From assembly GCA_026936335.1 (NCBI GenBank), contig JAPMXV010000042.1, positions 1 through 64,000 of the forward strand: DNA of 64,000 nucleotides. The letters are read 5' to 3'. This DNA comes from Mantamonas sphyraenae STR306. Taxonomy: Eukaryota > Protista > CRuMs. Position numbers and translations under genes: made by a program. Below the pieces are notes generated by a model, which saw nothing but the letters and a program-made list of their open reading frames with translations, was not told where the DNA came from and ran no database searches. Shown here piece after piece: positions 23,345 through 35,489 of this stretch. Every line of letters starts with the position of its first letter. Positions within the stretch are counted from its first letter, which is position 1.

Positions 23345-25329
23345 CTACGCATTTTTTTTGCTCCGCAACACCCTGGCCACCACTTCTCCCATCCCCACGT
23401 CATCACCAACGTCCGCCTCAATCTGCATGAGCATGCTGGCAAGGTCTCCGACGTACTCCTTGCGTAGGCCGCCTACGGCCCGCTCGCAAACGACCTCGGC
23501 AGCGTCACGCAGCTGTGCTGCGTAGCTTACCCTGTCTGGCAGGTCCTCCTCACCCTCCTCTGCCAATTGCCTCCAGAAGGAACCCACAGCGACCATGGCA
23601 CGCGCCACGTCGCGCAAGAAGCCCGGTCCCAGCCGGGCAAACTTGAGCAAGAGGCCGTCCAGCACCAGGTCGGCGTACTCGAGATCCGCCATCTGGCCTT
23701 GAACCTCATCGTCCAGAAGCATAGCACAAAGAGAGGCGACCACGGCCCTGTGCTCCACCAGATCCTCCTCGGCAACGCAGTCAAAGAGCACAGGGAGCAA
23801 GCGCCGCACGCTCTCCACATCCACGCTCTTGATGCGCTCGTACACAAATGCAAAGATGACGGTCTGTGCCAGCTTGTTGTTGGCCAGTTCGCCTTTGAAG
23901 TCGTCTGTCAGTTCTGTGGGCTGGCCGTCTTCCTCGAGCTGTTCGTCGGCCAGGGTGATGTCCACCTGGACGCTGGCCAGAATCGGGTACACCACCTGCA
24001 TCAGAGGTTTGTTCAGTTTGGGCAGGGTGTACTTTGTCAGCTGGGCTGTTTCGTGTGCTTGCAGTCCCAGGGTCAGCACGAGCGACAGATACTTGAGCGC
24101 TTTGTTCTTGCGCGGCAGCTCGCTCTTGGTCACCTGGGCACTGACCAGGCTCATCACACTTTTGGACAGCATGGCTAGCGCACCGGGGTTGGCCACAATC
24201 ATGGAAAGGTCCGCCAGCGCGGCAATATCCTTATCCGGTAGCAGATCAAAGTATGCCTGCATCTCGTCAATTTGCGACTCGGAAGTCACCATTCCGTCCC
24301 GCATCATGCTATTCAACACCCAGGCAAACTGAAAGCAGGGGTCCTTCTCGTGCAGCGCACTCTGTTGCTCGTACAGGTACATCAGCAAATCCGAGCGCAG
24401 CGCACAATACATCGCTTCCTTGCGCTGCACGTAATACGAGCGCAACAGAGTGCACAGTTGAAAGTACAGTGCCTCCGAGGAGCCCAGCACCTCCTGCAAC
24501 CGTGAAAGTGCACCGATGCCCGCACGCCTGCTCTTGCCTCGCGTCCACAACCCGCTGTCGTATTCGTACATCTGGCTTGTCACAATGCCCTGTTCTACAA
24601 CGTACGCCTCCACCGCCTCCTCCACCACCGCTTCAAACAATGACGGCTCCAGCACCCACACCTGCCGCCGAATGTCCACGGGGCAGATCTCCATGATGTC
24701 TGGATTTGCCGCCAATTGCTGAAGAAACTTTTTGGGCACGCTCGGCATGGCCTCCATGCACGCGATGGGGATGGCGCGCAGCTCTTCGTACGCCAGGTAG
24801 GGGAAGCTGGACTTGAGCAGAGCCCGCAGTTGCTTCTTGCTCAACAGCGGAATGCGGCCCAGCAGATGGTCCACGGTTGCCCCCAGCACCCCGTGGTACA
24901 GTTGAGCACGCGAAATGCCATGCAAATCAATGAGCTCAAACACGGGCTGTAGCGTCTGTGTATGTGTGGTGCATGCGGGTGGTACACGTCGCCGTGGTGG
25001 CCCGCCGCGCCTCCCGGTGTCAGGGCCCTCTCCTGCGCACACAGCGACCCGTTCACCCGCCATGGCCTCTCCCCCGTCTGCGTGGCCACCTACATCTTCG
25101 CTCCCGCGCTCCTTCTCAGCAATCCCGTATGTCTCTTGAAAGGTGCTGATCACCTTTTTGGGCAGACTCGTCGTCGACAACTCCTCACGAATCAACTGCG
25201 ACCCGGCCTCGCCCAACAACAGCCTCTTCGACCTGTGCGCGTCGTCCCAGTTCGCCGTGTGCTTGTGTGTTAGCATGTTTCCGCTGTGTCGTTGCGATGG
25301 CATCCCACTCGTGCTCCACACACTCACAT
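23345..25329 (-). CDS. NELFB: Negative elongation factor B (COBRA1)
   Basis: Colinear NELF-B motifs IDLHGISR, LLKSSF, IRRQVW, YCALRSDLLM, DPCFQFAW.L, LADLSMI..P, ELPR. Intron 24956-25093. The 5' end is uncertain (possible intron 25262-25327). Confidence 0.88.
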
Positions 25330-25387
25330 TCTGCCCGAGTTGGGACGCCTGGCGCTGGTCCAGCCAAACCTGTCCACTGCCAGCACC

Positions 25388-28073
25388 ATGTCTCGCAGAC
25401 GATCATCTCGCCGGCGCTCTGCGCCCAACATGGCCAAAGAGGACATGGAGGACGAAATTGACGCGTGTACGTTGCTCCAGCCCCGTCGGCCACCGTGTGT
25501 TCCCACGCCCGTTTTCCTGACACCCATCCCCACACGTTTCCCGTCTCGCAGTCCACTCGGACAGGACACGCGTGATGCTCAACCAGTCGGACGACGAGGC
25601 ATCCAGCGATTCAGACGACCGTGACATGGCTGAGGATGCACGTGCCATGCGTCACGGCAAGCTCGATCTCGACGAAGAGTTTGGCTCCGACTTGAGTGAC
25701 CTCGACGACGACGAAGAGGTGATTCCGGGCTCCAAGATCACTGCCAAGATGCTCAAACAGCAGCGACGCAACAGACGTGGCATGGACTCGGACTCGGACG
25801 ACGACGACGCCGCCTCTGTTGGCGACGGCGAAGATGACGACCAGGGCGACGCTTCGGCAGCCTGGGGCCGCAGCAAGCGAGCCTACTACGACGCAGACTA
25901 CGAGGACAGCGGACTGCAGGAAGACGAGGAGATTGGTAGGTGACGCGTGTAGGATGTGCGAGTGTGGCGCGGTGTGCAGAGAAACACACGGCCGCAGGTC
26001 CTCGCATGCATGACTCGCGAAAATCCGCTCACACCCAACCACCCGGCCTGCCCTGCAGCCAAGGAAGAGGAAGAGGAAGTGAAGCGCCTGCAAAGGCTCA
26101 AAGCCAAGGCGATGCGTTCAGAGGACTTTGGCCTCGACGACGATAGCGACGACGACGACGATAGCGACGACGACGACGAAACGTCCGCCCAGCTTCGCGA
26201 TCGCATCAAGGGCAAACGCGCCCTGAAGAAGGAGGCCAAGCGCAAGGCCAAACAAAAGGTTGTGCGCACCCGCTCACAACCCAAGGAGTCTGTTGTCAAG
26301 CTGCACGACTACGACGGCTGGAGCGACGAGTCGGACGAGGAGCAAGACAACGACGACGACTCGGACGGCGAGTCCGCCTCGTCCTCCTCCTCATCGTCGT
26401 CCTCCACACCCGTCACGACCTCGCGCAGCGCCTCGTCACAAAAACCATCCAGCATTTCTTTTGCGGCAGACTCGGACTCGGACTCGGGCTCGGGTTCGGA
26501 CGAAGACGACGACGACGCCTCCCCTGCCGAAGAGGTCATCTCCAAGGATCTGGACAACTTGAGTGAAGAGCAGCGCATGTCTATTTTGATTTCAGATGCA
26601 CCCGAGCTGCTGGGTCTGCTCAACGAGTTTGCCGAAAAGAGCGACGAGCTGAGGCACGAGGTGGCGCCGTTGCTGGAGCGCGCACGCAGTGGTGAGCTGG
26701 CCACGGAAAAGGGCGTCAGCTATCTGGAGGTCAAGTACCACACCCTGCTGTCGTACATCATGAATCTGTCTTTCTATATGGTGCTCAAGGCCAACGGCAG
26801 CACAGTCAAGGACCATCCCGTGCTCATGCAGCTCGTGCGCTTGCGCACCATCATTGAAAAGATCAAGCCGCTGGACCAGAAGCTCAAGTACCAACTGGAC
26901 AAGCTGCTGCGTACAGCCACACAGGGCGACGCAGCTGCAGGCGGAGCTGCAGATGCCCTCAGCCACAGGCCCAACCCGGCTGCACTCATGGACGACGACG
27001 ACGATGACGACGATGACAGCGACGGCGACAGCGACCTCGACGTAGGTACATCCGCTTCCGCAGCCGCCTCGTCGCGTGCTCGTGCAGCACAAGAGGACGC
27101 CGACGCAGTGTACAGGGCGCCCAAGATCGCCGCCGCCTACTTTGAGGAGGAGCGCAACGAGTCGGCTCGCGCCAAGGAGAAGCGCCGCGAACAGCGCAAG
27201 CTGGAGCGAGCGGCACAGCACTCGATTATGCGCGACCTGCAGGACGAGCTCAGCGAGCGACCACAGGAATTGCGCGACGTGGGCATCGACGACCACGGCC
27301 TGGAACTGCAGGAGACCGAGGAGGACCAGGAGCGTGCACGATACGAAGAGGAGAACTTTGTGCGTCTGCAAGGCTCCAAGAAGCAGGACAAGGCGCGTCG
27401 CCGCAAGCAGCGGCGTCAGAAGCAGATCGACGGTCTGGAGGCGTTTGACGATTTTGGAGACTTGGGCGATTTCCTGGAGAAGCAACGTCTAGCGCGGGAG
27501 GGCAACAGCAGAGCTGGGTTCGAGGAGGACGTCAGCAAGTACATCAACAAGGTGAGCGCGGCTGCAAACCAACCCACGCGCTCGGGCGACCTCGACGTGC
27601 CACAGCGCGACTTTGCCGAGCGTGTGGCTGCCGTCGATCGCATGCGTTCCAAGAAACGCAGCTACGACACACGTGACGACGGTGAAGACGCACTGAGCGA
27701 CGACGAACGTGACCCGAACGCCCCGTCGTTCTTTGACGACGACGACGACGCCTACAAGCGTGCCGTGCAGGAGCAGGCCCGCAAGAAGCAGCGCAGGAAA
27801 CAAAAGTACGAGCGTGCACCGCTGTTTGCAATGCCCGACGAGGAGCTGGAGGACGACGAGGGCAAGCGCAGCATCAACTACCAGATTGCAAAGAACAAGG
27901 GCCTCACCAAGCACCGCAAGGGCCTTACCTCGCGCGTCAACAACCGCCGCAAGTTTGAAAAGGCCAAAAAGAAGGTCAAGAGTCTGCGACCCGAGATGCG
28001 TGACCGCAGCAAGCCCTACGAGGGCGAACAGACTGGCATCAGGCGGAACCTGGTCAAGGGCGTCAAGTTCTGA
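25388..28073 (+). CDS. UTP3: SAS10/UTP3 SSU processome protein
   Basis: N-terminal DEIDAFH after splicing. Sas10/C1D core SYLEVKYHTLLSY...KDHPV. C-terminal INYQIAKNKGLT...YEGEQTGI...VKF. Introns 25467-25551 and 25936-26058. Confidence 0.95.
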
Positions 28074-28199
28074 CCAAACCCATGGCAACAAACCCGCGTC
28101 ACTGTCCTTCATCCCTCCATCCATGTCACTCTCAAAGATGGATGTGCGCCGTGTGGCACACACCAATCCCCTCTCACCGTTCTTGCTCTGCTCCACAAC

Positions 28200-28868
28200 A
28201 TGTCGGAAACCACGTCAGCTCACCCGCGCACACAAATCCCAGGCTTCTACTACACCAATGTGACGCACGTGACAGACATCCCCAAACACCCAATGGACGA
28301 CCCTGCCGAAAAAGCAACCAAGGAGCTGGAGCTGGCGGCCCAGGCAGGCGACCTGGAGTGGATTCGCGACTGCTTGGCCCGCGGCGCAGACGCAAATGCC
28401 CCCGAAGTCCTGGAAAACGCAGCCGAGGAGGGCCACGTCGACGCCATCGAGGTTCTGGTCAAGGGGGGTGCCGATGCAGCCGATCCATGGAGTCTATTCT
28501 TTGCTGCAAAGGCCGGCCATGACGCAGTTGTGCAAAAGCTTGCCGACCTGGGTGCCGATCTCTCCGTTCTGGACGAAAACGGACAACGCAACGTTTGCCA
28601 CTTTGCCGCGAGCTGTGCCGACTCGGATGCGTCTTTGCGCGTCATGCGCACTCTCCTCGATCTGCAGGCGCCGTATGACGCGTCCTCGGGCACAGGGCGC
28701 ACTCCCTTGCTCCAAGCCGTCCTTAGCGGCAACGTGGACACTGCCAGCATGCTTCTCGATGCAGGTGCAGACCCCACGGCCAGGGACAATTCTGGCATGT
28801 CTGTGTTGGATCACGCCCAAGCCCAGAACCTGGACGGCGACTTTCTGGAACGGCTCGCCGTCGAATGA
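28200..28868 (+). CDS. Ankyrin-repeat protein
   Basis: Repeats AAEEGHVD, AAKAGHD, GRTPLLQAVLSGNVD..LLDAGADP. Start uncertain (28200 or 28293). Confidence 0.85.
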   Translation: MSETTSAHPRTQIPGFYYTNVTHVTDIPKHPMDDPAEKATKELELAAQAGDLEWIRDCLARGADANAPEVLENAAEEGHVDAIEVLVKGGADAADPWSLFFAAKAGHDAVVQKLADLGADLSVLDENGQRNVCHFAASCADSDASLRVMRTLLDLQAPYDASSGTGRTPLLQAVLSGNVDTASMLLDAGADPTARDNSGMSVLDHAQAQNLDGDFLERLAVE

Positions 28869-28901
28869 ACGCCTTCATTGCCATGGCCTCCCCCATTGTT
28901 T

Positions 28902-30200
28902 TCAATCCCCTCCTCGGCGACTCCTCTCTACCGCTTCAAACAGCGCGGCAATGTTGCGCTGGCCAAATCCGTCGTAGCCGTGCCGCCTAGAGATGAGCTC
29001 GAAAAAGAGCGTGGGGCGATCGTGCACCGTCTTTGTGAATGTTTGAAGCAAATAGGCGTTGGGTTGCTTCTCCTGGCCATCTTCAGTGCTCTCTGTGCCC
29101 TGCACAACGTCCACAAGCACCCCGAGCTCCTCCAGCGTGTCCAGCGACTCGTCCAACTCCTGGATGCCGCCCAGCTCGCGTAGACCCTCGTAGTACGTAG
29201 ATGGGATGTCAATGAGCGGGAGGTTGCGCTTGCGCATCTCCTTGACAGTGCGCACCATGTCTCCCGTGTGCATGGCTACGTGCTGCACCCCTGCCCCGCC
29301 GTTCGACTCGAGAAACTCTTCAATTTGGCCCTGGTACTTGCTCTCGGCTGGTTCCACCAGCACCAATTTCAGCATCCATACCTCGTGTTCGCCCTGACCA
29401 TTGCACAAGCCCACGACTTGTGTCTTGAGTCCGCCGCGGGTCCCGCTAATGGTGAGCCCGTCCGCCGTCCGGTGTTCGCTGTCCTTGACACCGCGTGCAG
29501 CCAAGCCCATGCCGTCTATGTACCACTGAGCCAACTCGCCGCTCTCCCCTTGTTGCACGACCAGTGCAAGGTGGTCGATGCGTTCAAACAGAGCGTCCGC
29601 TTCATCCTTGCTGCTCTCGCCACCCTGCTGATCCTCCTCAAAGCCCGCCTGCACACCTACCTCACTACTGAATGTGTGCACAACTCGCACGTGCGGCGGC
29701 ATCACGCTCGCCACACGTGCGTCCCGTGCTTCGCCGTGAGTCTCGGGTCCGGCCACTACCTCGGCGCCGGCCTCGACACAACGTGCAAACAGTTCATCCA
29801 CATCATCCTGTGGACCGTCGGTGGCATGCCAGAGCACACGTGTTAGCTCACGCACACGTTCAACCCGCCTGCGTGCCACCCTAAGTGTGTGCGGCCCGGT
29901 TTCCGTCGGCTTTCCTTGCATCTTCTTTCCATCTCGCCAACTCACCGTCCGAAACACAATTTCCCGCACTGCATCGCCCCGCTCGCGCAGAAACGCGTGC
30001 ATTGGGTCGTCTTCCGACTCACTGGGTGCAATCACAACCACCCGCACCTCTCCTTGCTGCACTACGGCCCCACGGCGAGCCCACTTGCTCTCCTCGCACG
30101 CCCGCAGCCTCGCCACAATCTCGAATCCAAACTGAAGCTCCAAGTATTTTGCATACACGCTTGCGTTGCTCACCCACATCACCACATGGCTCAGTTCCAT
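28902..30200 (-). CDS. 4-hydroxyphenylpyruvate dioxygenase family, HPDL/hydroxymandelate-synthase type
   Basis: Iron ligands in IDHLA, GVQHVA and LFFELI; YLLQTFTK; GFGQRNIAALF. Intron 29808-29945. Confidence 0.88.
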   Translation of the reverse strand: MELSHVVMWVSNASVYAKYLELQFGFEIVARLRACEESKWARRGAVVQQGEVRVVVIAPSESEDDPMHAFLRERGDAVREIVFRTVSWRDGKKMQGKPTETGPHTLRVARRRVERVRELTRVLWHATDGPQDDVDELFARCVEAGAEVVAGPETHGEARDARVASVMPPHVRVVHTFSSEVGVQAGFEEDQQGGESSKDEADALFERIDHLALVVQQGESGELAQWYIDGMGLAARGVKDSEHRTADGLTISGTRGGLKTQVVGLCNGQGEHEVWMLKLVLVEPAESKYQGQIEEFLESNGGAGVQHVAMHTGDMVRTVKEMRKRNLPLIDIPSTYYEGLRELGGIQELDESLDTLEELGVLVDVVQGTESTEDGQEKQPNAYLLQTFTKTVHDRPTLFFELISRRHGYDGFGQRNIAALFEAVERSRRGGD

Positions 30201-30273
30201 GGTGACGCCCGAAATCCCTTGCATTCCGTCGCGCAGCTCTCTGAACACCCCACTCCGACTCTGCTCACCCACG

Positions 30274-30534
30274 CTACAGGCCCCCCAGCGAGTCCAGCAG
30301 CGAGTCAAGCTCGCTTTTCGCATTGTCTTTGCCCTTGCTGCTCTCTTTCGCCTTGCCGGGTCCCGCTGTCAAGCTGTCCAACAGCGAGCTGAGGTCGTCC
30401 CCACCCCCGCCCGTATTCGTCTCTACCGCCACGGTGTCCTCTCCAGAAGGCTTTGTCGGCGTCGTCAAACTGCTCAGCAAGTTCTCCAAGTCGTTTGTCC
30501 TGTTTGCCAGACTGGACCCACCGCTCGAGCTTGC

Positions 30535-30575
<41 letters not shown>

Positions 30576-32950
30576 TCGACGATTCACCACCGCTGCTTCC
30601 ACCACCAAACGAGGCAATCAGCGCATCAATGTCCCCGCGCACCGCGTCTTCAGACTCTTGCGCCTTGGCTGGCTTGCCCCGTGTCTTGTTTGCATTCACC
30701 GGCAACAGTCGGATCGCCTTGCGTGGTGTCTGCACCTCGTTCCTTGTACCGCTCGTGTCTTGGAACGGCGCGTCGGCCAGGTCCAAGTACACGCCGTGTT
30801 CGCTATGCACACGCACCACAAATGTGCGGTCGATGCCTGGCTTCCTTGTTGCTGGGATGATCGCATACGGCACTGCAGACTCAACATACGCTTCACCGTA
30901 CGGCACCGCCTCCACGTCAAAGTCACGCGCAAACGTTTGGCTGTTCACAAAGATGTGGTCGCTGGACACAAAGTCACTCGGACCTGTGAACCGCACGCGC
31001 TTGGACCGTCCTGTACCAACGCGCACCACATAGAACGCAATGTGTGCCAGGGGAGCGTCCTGTGCCGGCAGCTGAACCAGCTCAATGGTTACACGTTCGC
31101 TTGCGCGCGGGTACATCAGAAGCTGGTGGTTGCCCACCCACGCGCCCGTGCTGTCCATGCATCCACCGGCCGTTCCGGCCAGGGTGTTCCACTCGCCCTT
31201 CCAGCTCGCAATGTCCAGATCTGGAAGCATGTAGCACTCGATGGGGTGTTCGCAAAACATGGTCAGCTCCCATTTGCTGTACTCGTGTGGGTAGAACGTG
31301 CACGGCACCACAATGTACTGCCGATTCGGCTCCAGCACAACCTCCTTCGACACCTCTCGGTTGTTTGACCAGATGCTCTTGTCCACCACATCCTGAGCCG
31401 TCGCAGAGATGCATCTGCGGCTGTTGTCCTTCACCTCGATCACGTAGAATCCGATGTGGACGTCGTACGTGTGGTGCAGCCCATCCATGCGGATGTCCGG
31501 TTGCTGCAGCGTAATAAACACCTCTGTGTCTGGCTCCGACACCGTCACGGCAAACTGCTGGTTGTTTGTCCATGCGGGCGAGTTCATACATCCGCCTGCG
31601 TTGTTCCCTGCCCATTCCCCTGTGCAGTAGTACTTCTCCCACTGCTCGCCAATGTCGTCTTCGTACAGCCGGCACACGTACATCTTGTTGAAGACGTTTA
31701 CAAAGTCCTCGTAGCACATATAGAACGTGCCGTCTTCTGCAAACGAATGGCCCAGCTTCTCCAGCAGCTCCTCCGTCCATTCGCTCGCCCCGTCGCTCCA
31801 AGCTCCTGTCCACTCCTTCTCGCCCCACGGGTTGCGCATGTGGATCAGTCGCACCCCTTCCACCTCGACGCACTTGAGGATCCCGTACGCGTGGTTGATC
31901 AAGATTCCCTGTCCGTTGTCGTGCTCCGTCGACATGTCGTCCGAGATCGCTGTCGACATCAAGAAACTGTGTGTCCCCTCGCACAAACACCCGCCAGTGA
32001 GCCGACGCCGCCCCATCCCCACGCCCCACCCTTCTCCCCCTTGCCACCCGTTTCCCATGCAATCTCTGCTTGCCTCCTCCGCTTCCTCCCGCACACTCAC
32101 CTTTCGCGCTGGTACTTCAACATTCGCTCCCAAAACACGCCGCGCTCGATCTCCGCTTTGTTCTGCCCGCTGCTAAAGTCCAGTGTCTCTGGCACGCCGC
32201 CTGTAAGATCCACCAGCGCCTGCACCACCGACCCGTCGTTCAAGGCGTCGTAGTTTTTGTGCAGCTTGGCGTAAGCCTTCTCCAGCAGAGGCACCCACAC
32301 CTGTGAACGCGTGCCGTCGTGTTTGTTTGTGGCCGCATCGAGTCCCGTGTCAGCATATCCATACTCCCGACCTTTGTTTCCCTTTCGCCTCCTTCTTCCC
32401 CGTTGCCTTTTCAAACACAGCACGCCTGCCTCTCCTGCGTTCTGCCAGGTAGGTGCGCCCTCCTCCCCGGTGCCCTCGCGGCCTCCTGCCCTCCTCCTTC
32501 CTGCCCTTTTCAACTTGCCTCGTTTGCGTCCACGCACTTGGCGTACACCACGTCATCGTTGTAGTCACACGGCACACGGTCGTCCACCACCACGGGCACC
32601 CACTTGCCGCTTTTGAAAAACTTAAACTCGTAAATGCCATATTCGCGGTTCGACTGCCCAAACAGCTTCTGGAACAGATCCTGCCGCGTTGCAACAACGC
32701 ACAGTCCTCCCAACAGCCAACAATCGCCCAGCTTGCCCTGCTTCACGTCTCCGGCCTCCACCCCGTCCACAATCAGGTTGTAGTTTTCGGGATCCGGGCA
32801 GAACTCGGACGGCCGCTTCCACCCGGCAACCTCGTCCTTGTACTCTCCGGGCCTGTACAGCGACGCAGGGATCGGTTTAAACTCTGCATCCTCAAACATT
32901 TGCTGCTGTTCCTGGCACTGCGCCAACAGCGCCTCAAAGTTGCTGCTCAT
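30274..32950 (-). CDS. Calpain: CysPc plus two calpain-III (CBSW) domains plus a C-terminal LD-motif tail
   Basis: Catalytic triad in [12 protein letters not shown] and RNPWG; LLEKAYAKL; two GEW...AGGC domains. GC-AG intron 32301-32518 and GT-AG intron 31967-32100. Confidence 0.93.
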
Positions 32951-33118
32951 CGTCGTGTCCTCGAAATTCCTTGCCTACCCCATCGCTCACAACACAACGG
33001 TGCTAGACACCTGTTTCCTCTTTCTCCCCTGTGCCTTCTCTCCTGTCCCATCCCGCCCCCTCCTCCCACCTGACCCCACGAAACGCCGCCCACGACCAGA
33101 CAACCAATCCCCCACACC

Positions 33119-35489
33119 ATGCAGCGCCACACCATCCTGCTCACGCTCCTCCTTGGCTGTGCTCTCCTTGCGTTTGCTGCCAAGTCCTCTGACCAAGAAC
33201 AGGTGCTGCACGAGGCCCACCCTGGCCACCCAAAGGCCCTGTCTCCCACTCCCGTTGATCACCGCTACAAACTCAACGGCGAGGTGCCCCTCTACGTCAA
33301 CAAGATCGGTCCCTATGGAAACCCCAGCGAGACCTACGAGTACTACACCCTCGGCTTCTGCTCCCCGACGCAAGTCCAGCACAAGCACGAGAGCCTCGGC
33401 GAGGTCCTCGAGGGAGACGTCGCCCTCAACAGCCTTTACGATTTGCGTTTCCGCCGTGAGTTCCTCCCTTCCTTCTTGCCCTCCCTTTCTGCATTCCTTT
33501 TTGGCCCAACTTTTCCCCATCCTTCCCTCCACCTGCCTTTCTCTCCCCACATTGTCCGCCCACCTCCCGTTTCCTGTCTTGTCCCGTCCTCCTCTGCACT
33601 CTTTGTCCTTTGGCTTGCTCTCGCCTTTCCCGCCAGCCGCTCTCGCTGACATCTCCCCGCCCCCCGACACCCAGTGGACATCAACTGGCAGGCCCTCTGC
33701 AAGATGCACCTCACCACCAAGGAGATCGATCAATTCCAGCAAGCTATCCGCCAGCGCTACTACTTCCAGATGCTCTACGGTACGCAGAAGCAGGCCCCCG
33801 AACCCCGGCCCATGCGCTGTCCTCCTCGCACCTCCCTTGTCCATGTCCACACCCCGCTGCCCGCCGTCCCCGCCTGCCTGCCCTCAAGCTCACACCCCCC
33901 ACTTTACCACACCTCCCTCCAGATGATCTCCCGCTGTGGGGTTTTGTCGGCGAGATGGAGGACGACGGCATGGACGACAAGGGCAACCCGCGCCACCGCT
34001 ACTTCCTCAACGCACACCTCCACTTTTCCATCTCCTACAACAACGACCAGGTCATCCACATCAACGTCAGCGCAGACCCACGCCAGCGTGTCGACATCTC
34101 CGCCCTCGAGGAGACCACCATCGAGTTCTCCTACAGTGCAAAGTGGAAGTCCACAAACGTCGCCTTCAAAGATCGCATGGACCGCTACGCTGCAAACTCC
34201 TTCTTTCCCCGCGAGCTTGAGATCCATTGGCTCTCCATCATGAATTCCATGGTGCTCGTCCTTCTCCTCACAGGCTTCCTTGCCATCATCATCATGCGCA
34301 TCGTTCGCAACGACTACATTCGGTACTCGCAACAAGACGAAGAAGACGACGTACGTCCCCTTCCCGTTTCCCGGCGGCGTTCCTCCCGACCCTCCCGCCA
34401 CCCCGTACCTCATTTCACCCTTTGCCACTCACCTACTCACCTACTCACCCCCACCCCACTCTCCCCCTTCCTCCAACCCTCCCTCCCTCCCTCCCTCAAC
34501 GTCACAGGACGATGGCTCAGAGTACGGCTGGAAACTCATCCACACCGACGTCTTCCGCTTCCCGTCAAACAACATGCTCTTCTGCGCTCTCATCGGCAGT
34601 GGCGCACAGCTTCTCACCATGGTCATGTTCATTCTCTTCATGTCCCTCGTCGGCGTCTTTTACCCGCAGAATCGCGGCGCCATGTACACAGCCGCCATCG
34701 TCCTGTACGCCATGACCGCCTCTGTCGGCGGCTTTGTCAGCGCAAAGTACTATGTTCAGATGGGCGGCGAGCACTGGGCCTGGAATGTCCTCCTCAGCGG
34801 CACTGTCTTCCCCGTGCCCTTCTTCCTCACCGCTGCCGTCCTCAACACCATTGCCATCGTGTACAACAGCACCAGCGCCCTCCCCTTTGGCACCATCATT
34901 GTCATCCTCCTCATCTATCTCCTTGTCGGCCTTCCCCTCACCGTCCTCGGCGGCATCACCGGACGCAACTACGCTTACCACACACAGCTTTGACGCCCCC
35001 TGCCGCACACGCCTGGTCCAACGCGAGATCCCACCCATCCCTTGGTACCGCTCCCTTGCCGTCCAGATGATGGCCGCCGGTTTCCTCCCCTTCTCAGCCA
35101 TCTACATCGAGCTCTTCTACCTTTTCTCCTCCGTTTGGGGCCACAAGACCTACACCCTCTTTGGCATCCTCTTCCTCTCCTTCCTCATCCTCATTGTCGT
35201 CACTGCATGCATCACCGTCGCCCTTACCTATTTCCAGCTCGCTATGGAGGACTACCGTTGGTGGTGGCGCAGTTTCCTTTCTGCTGGCTCCACCGGCATC
35301 CTCATCTACATCTACGCCATCTACTTCTTCCACAAGCGTTCCGAAATGACTGGCACTCTCCAGAGCGCCTTTTACTTTGGCTACATGCTCATGATCTGCT
35401 ACGCCTTCTTCCTCATGCTCGGCTTCATTGGCTGGCTCTCCAGTCTCTCCTTTGTCCGACGCATCTACGGCCTTGTCAAGACCGATTAA
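33119..35489 (+). CDS. Transmembrane 9 superfamily (TM9SF1-like / EMP70)
   Basis: NKIGPYGNPSETYEYY, SLGEVLEGD, IHWLSIMNS, GWKLIHTDVFR, GFLPFSAIYIEL, EDYRWWWRSF, C-terminal KTD. Introns 33456-33674, 33780-33922 and 34351-34507. Frameshift at ~34976. Confidence 0.95.
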
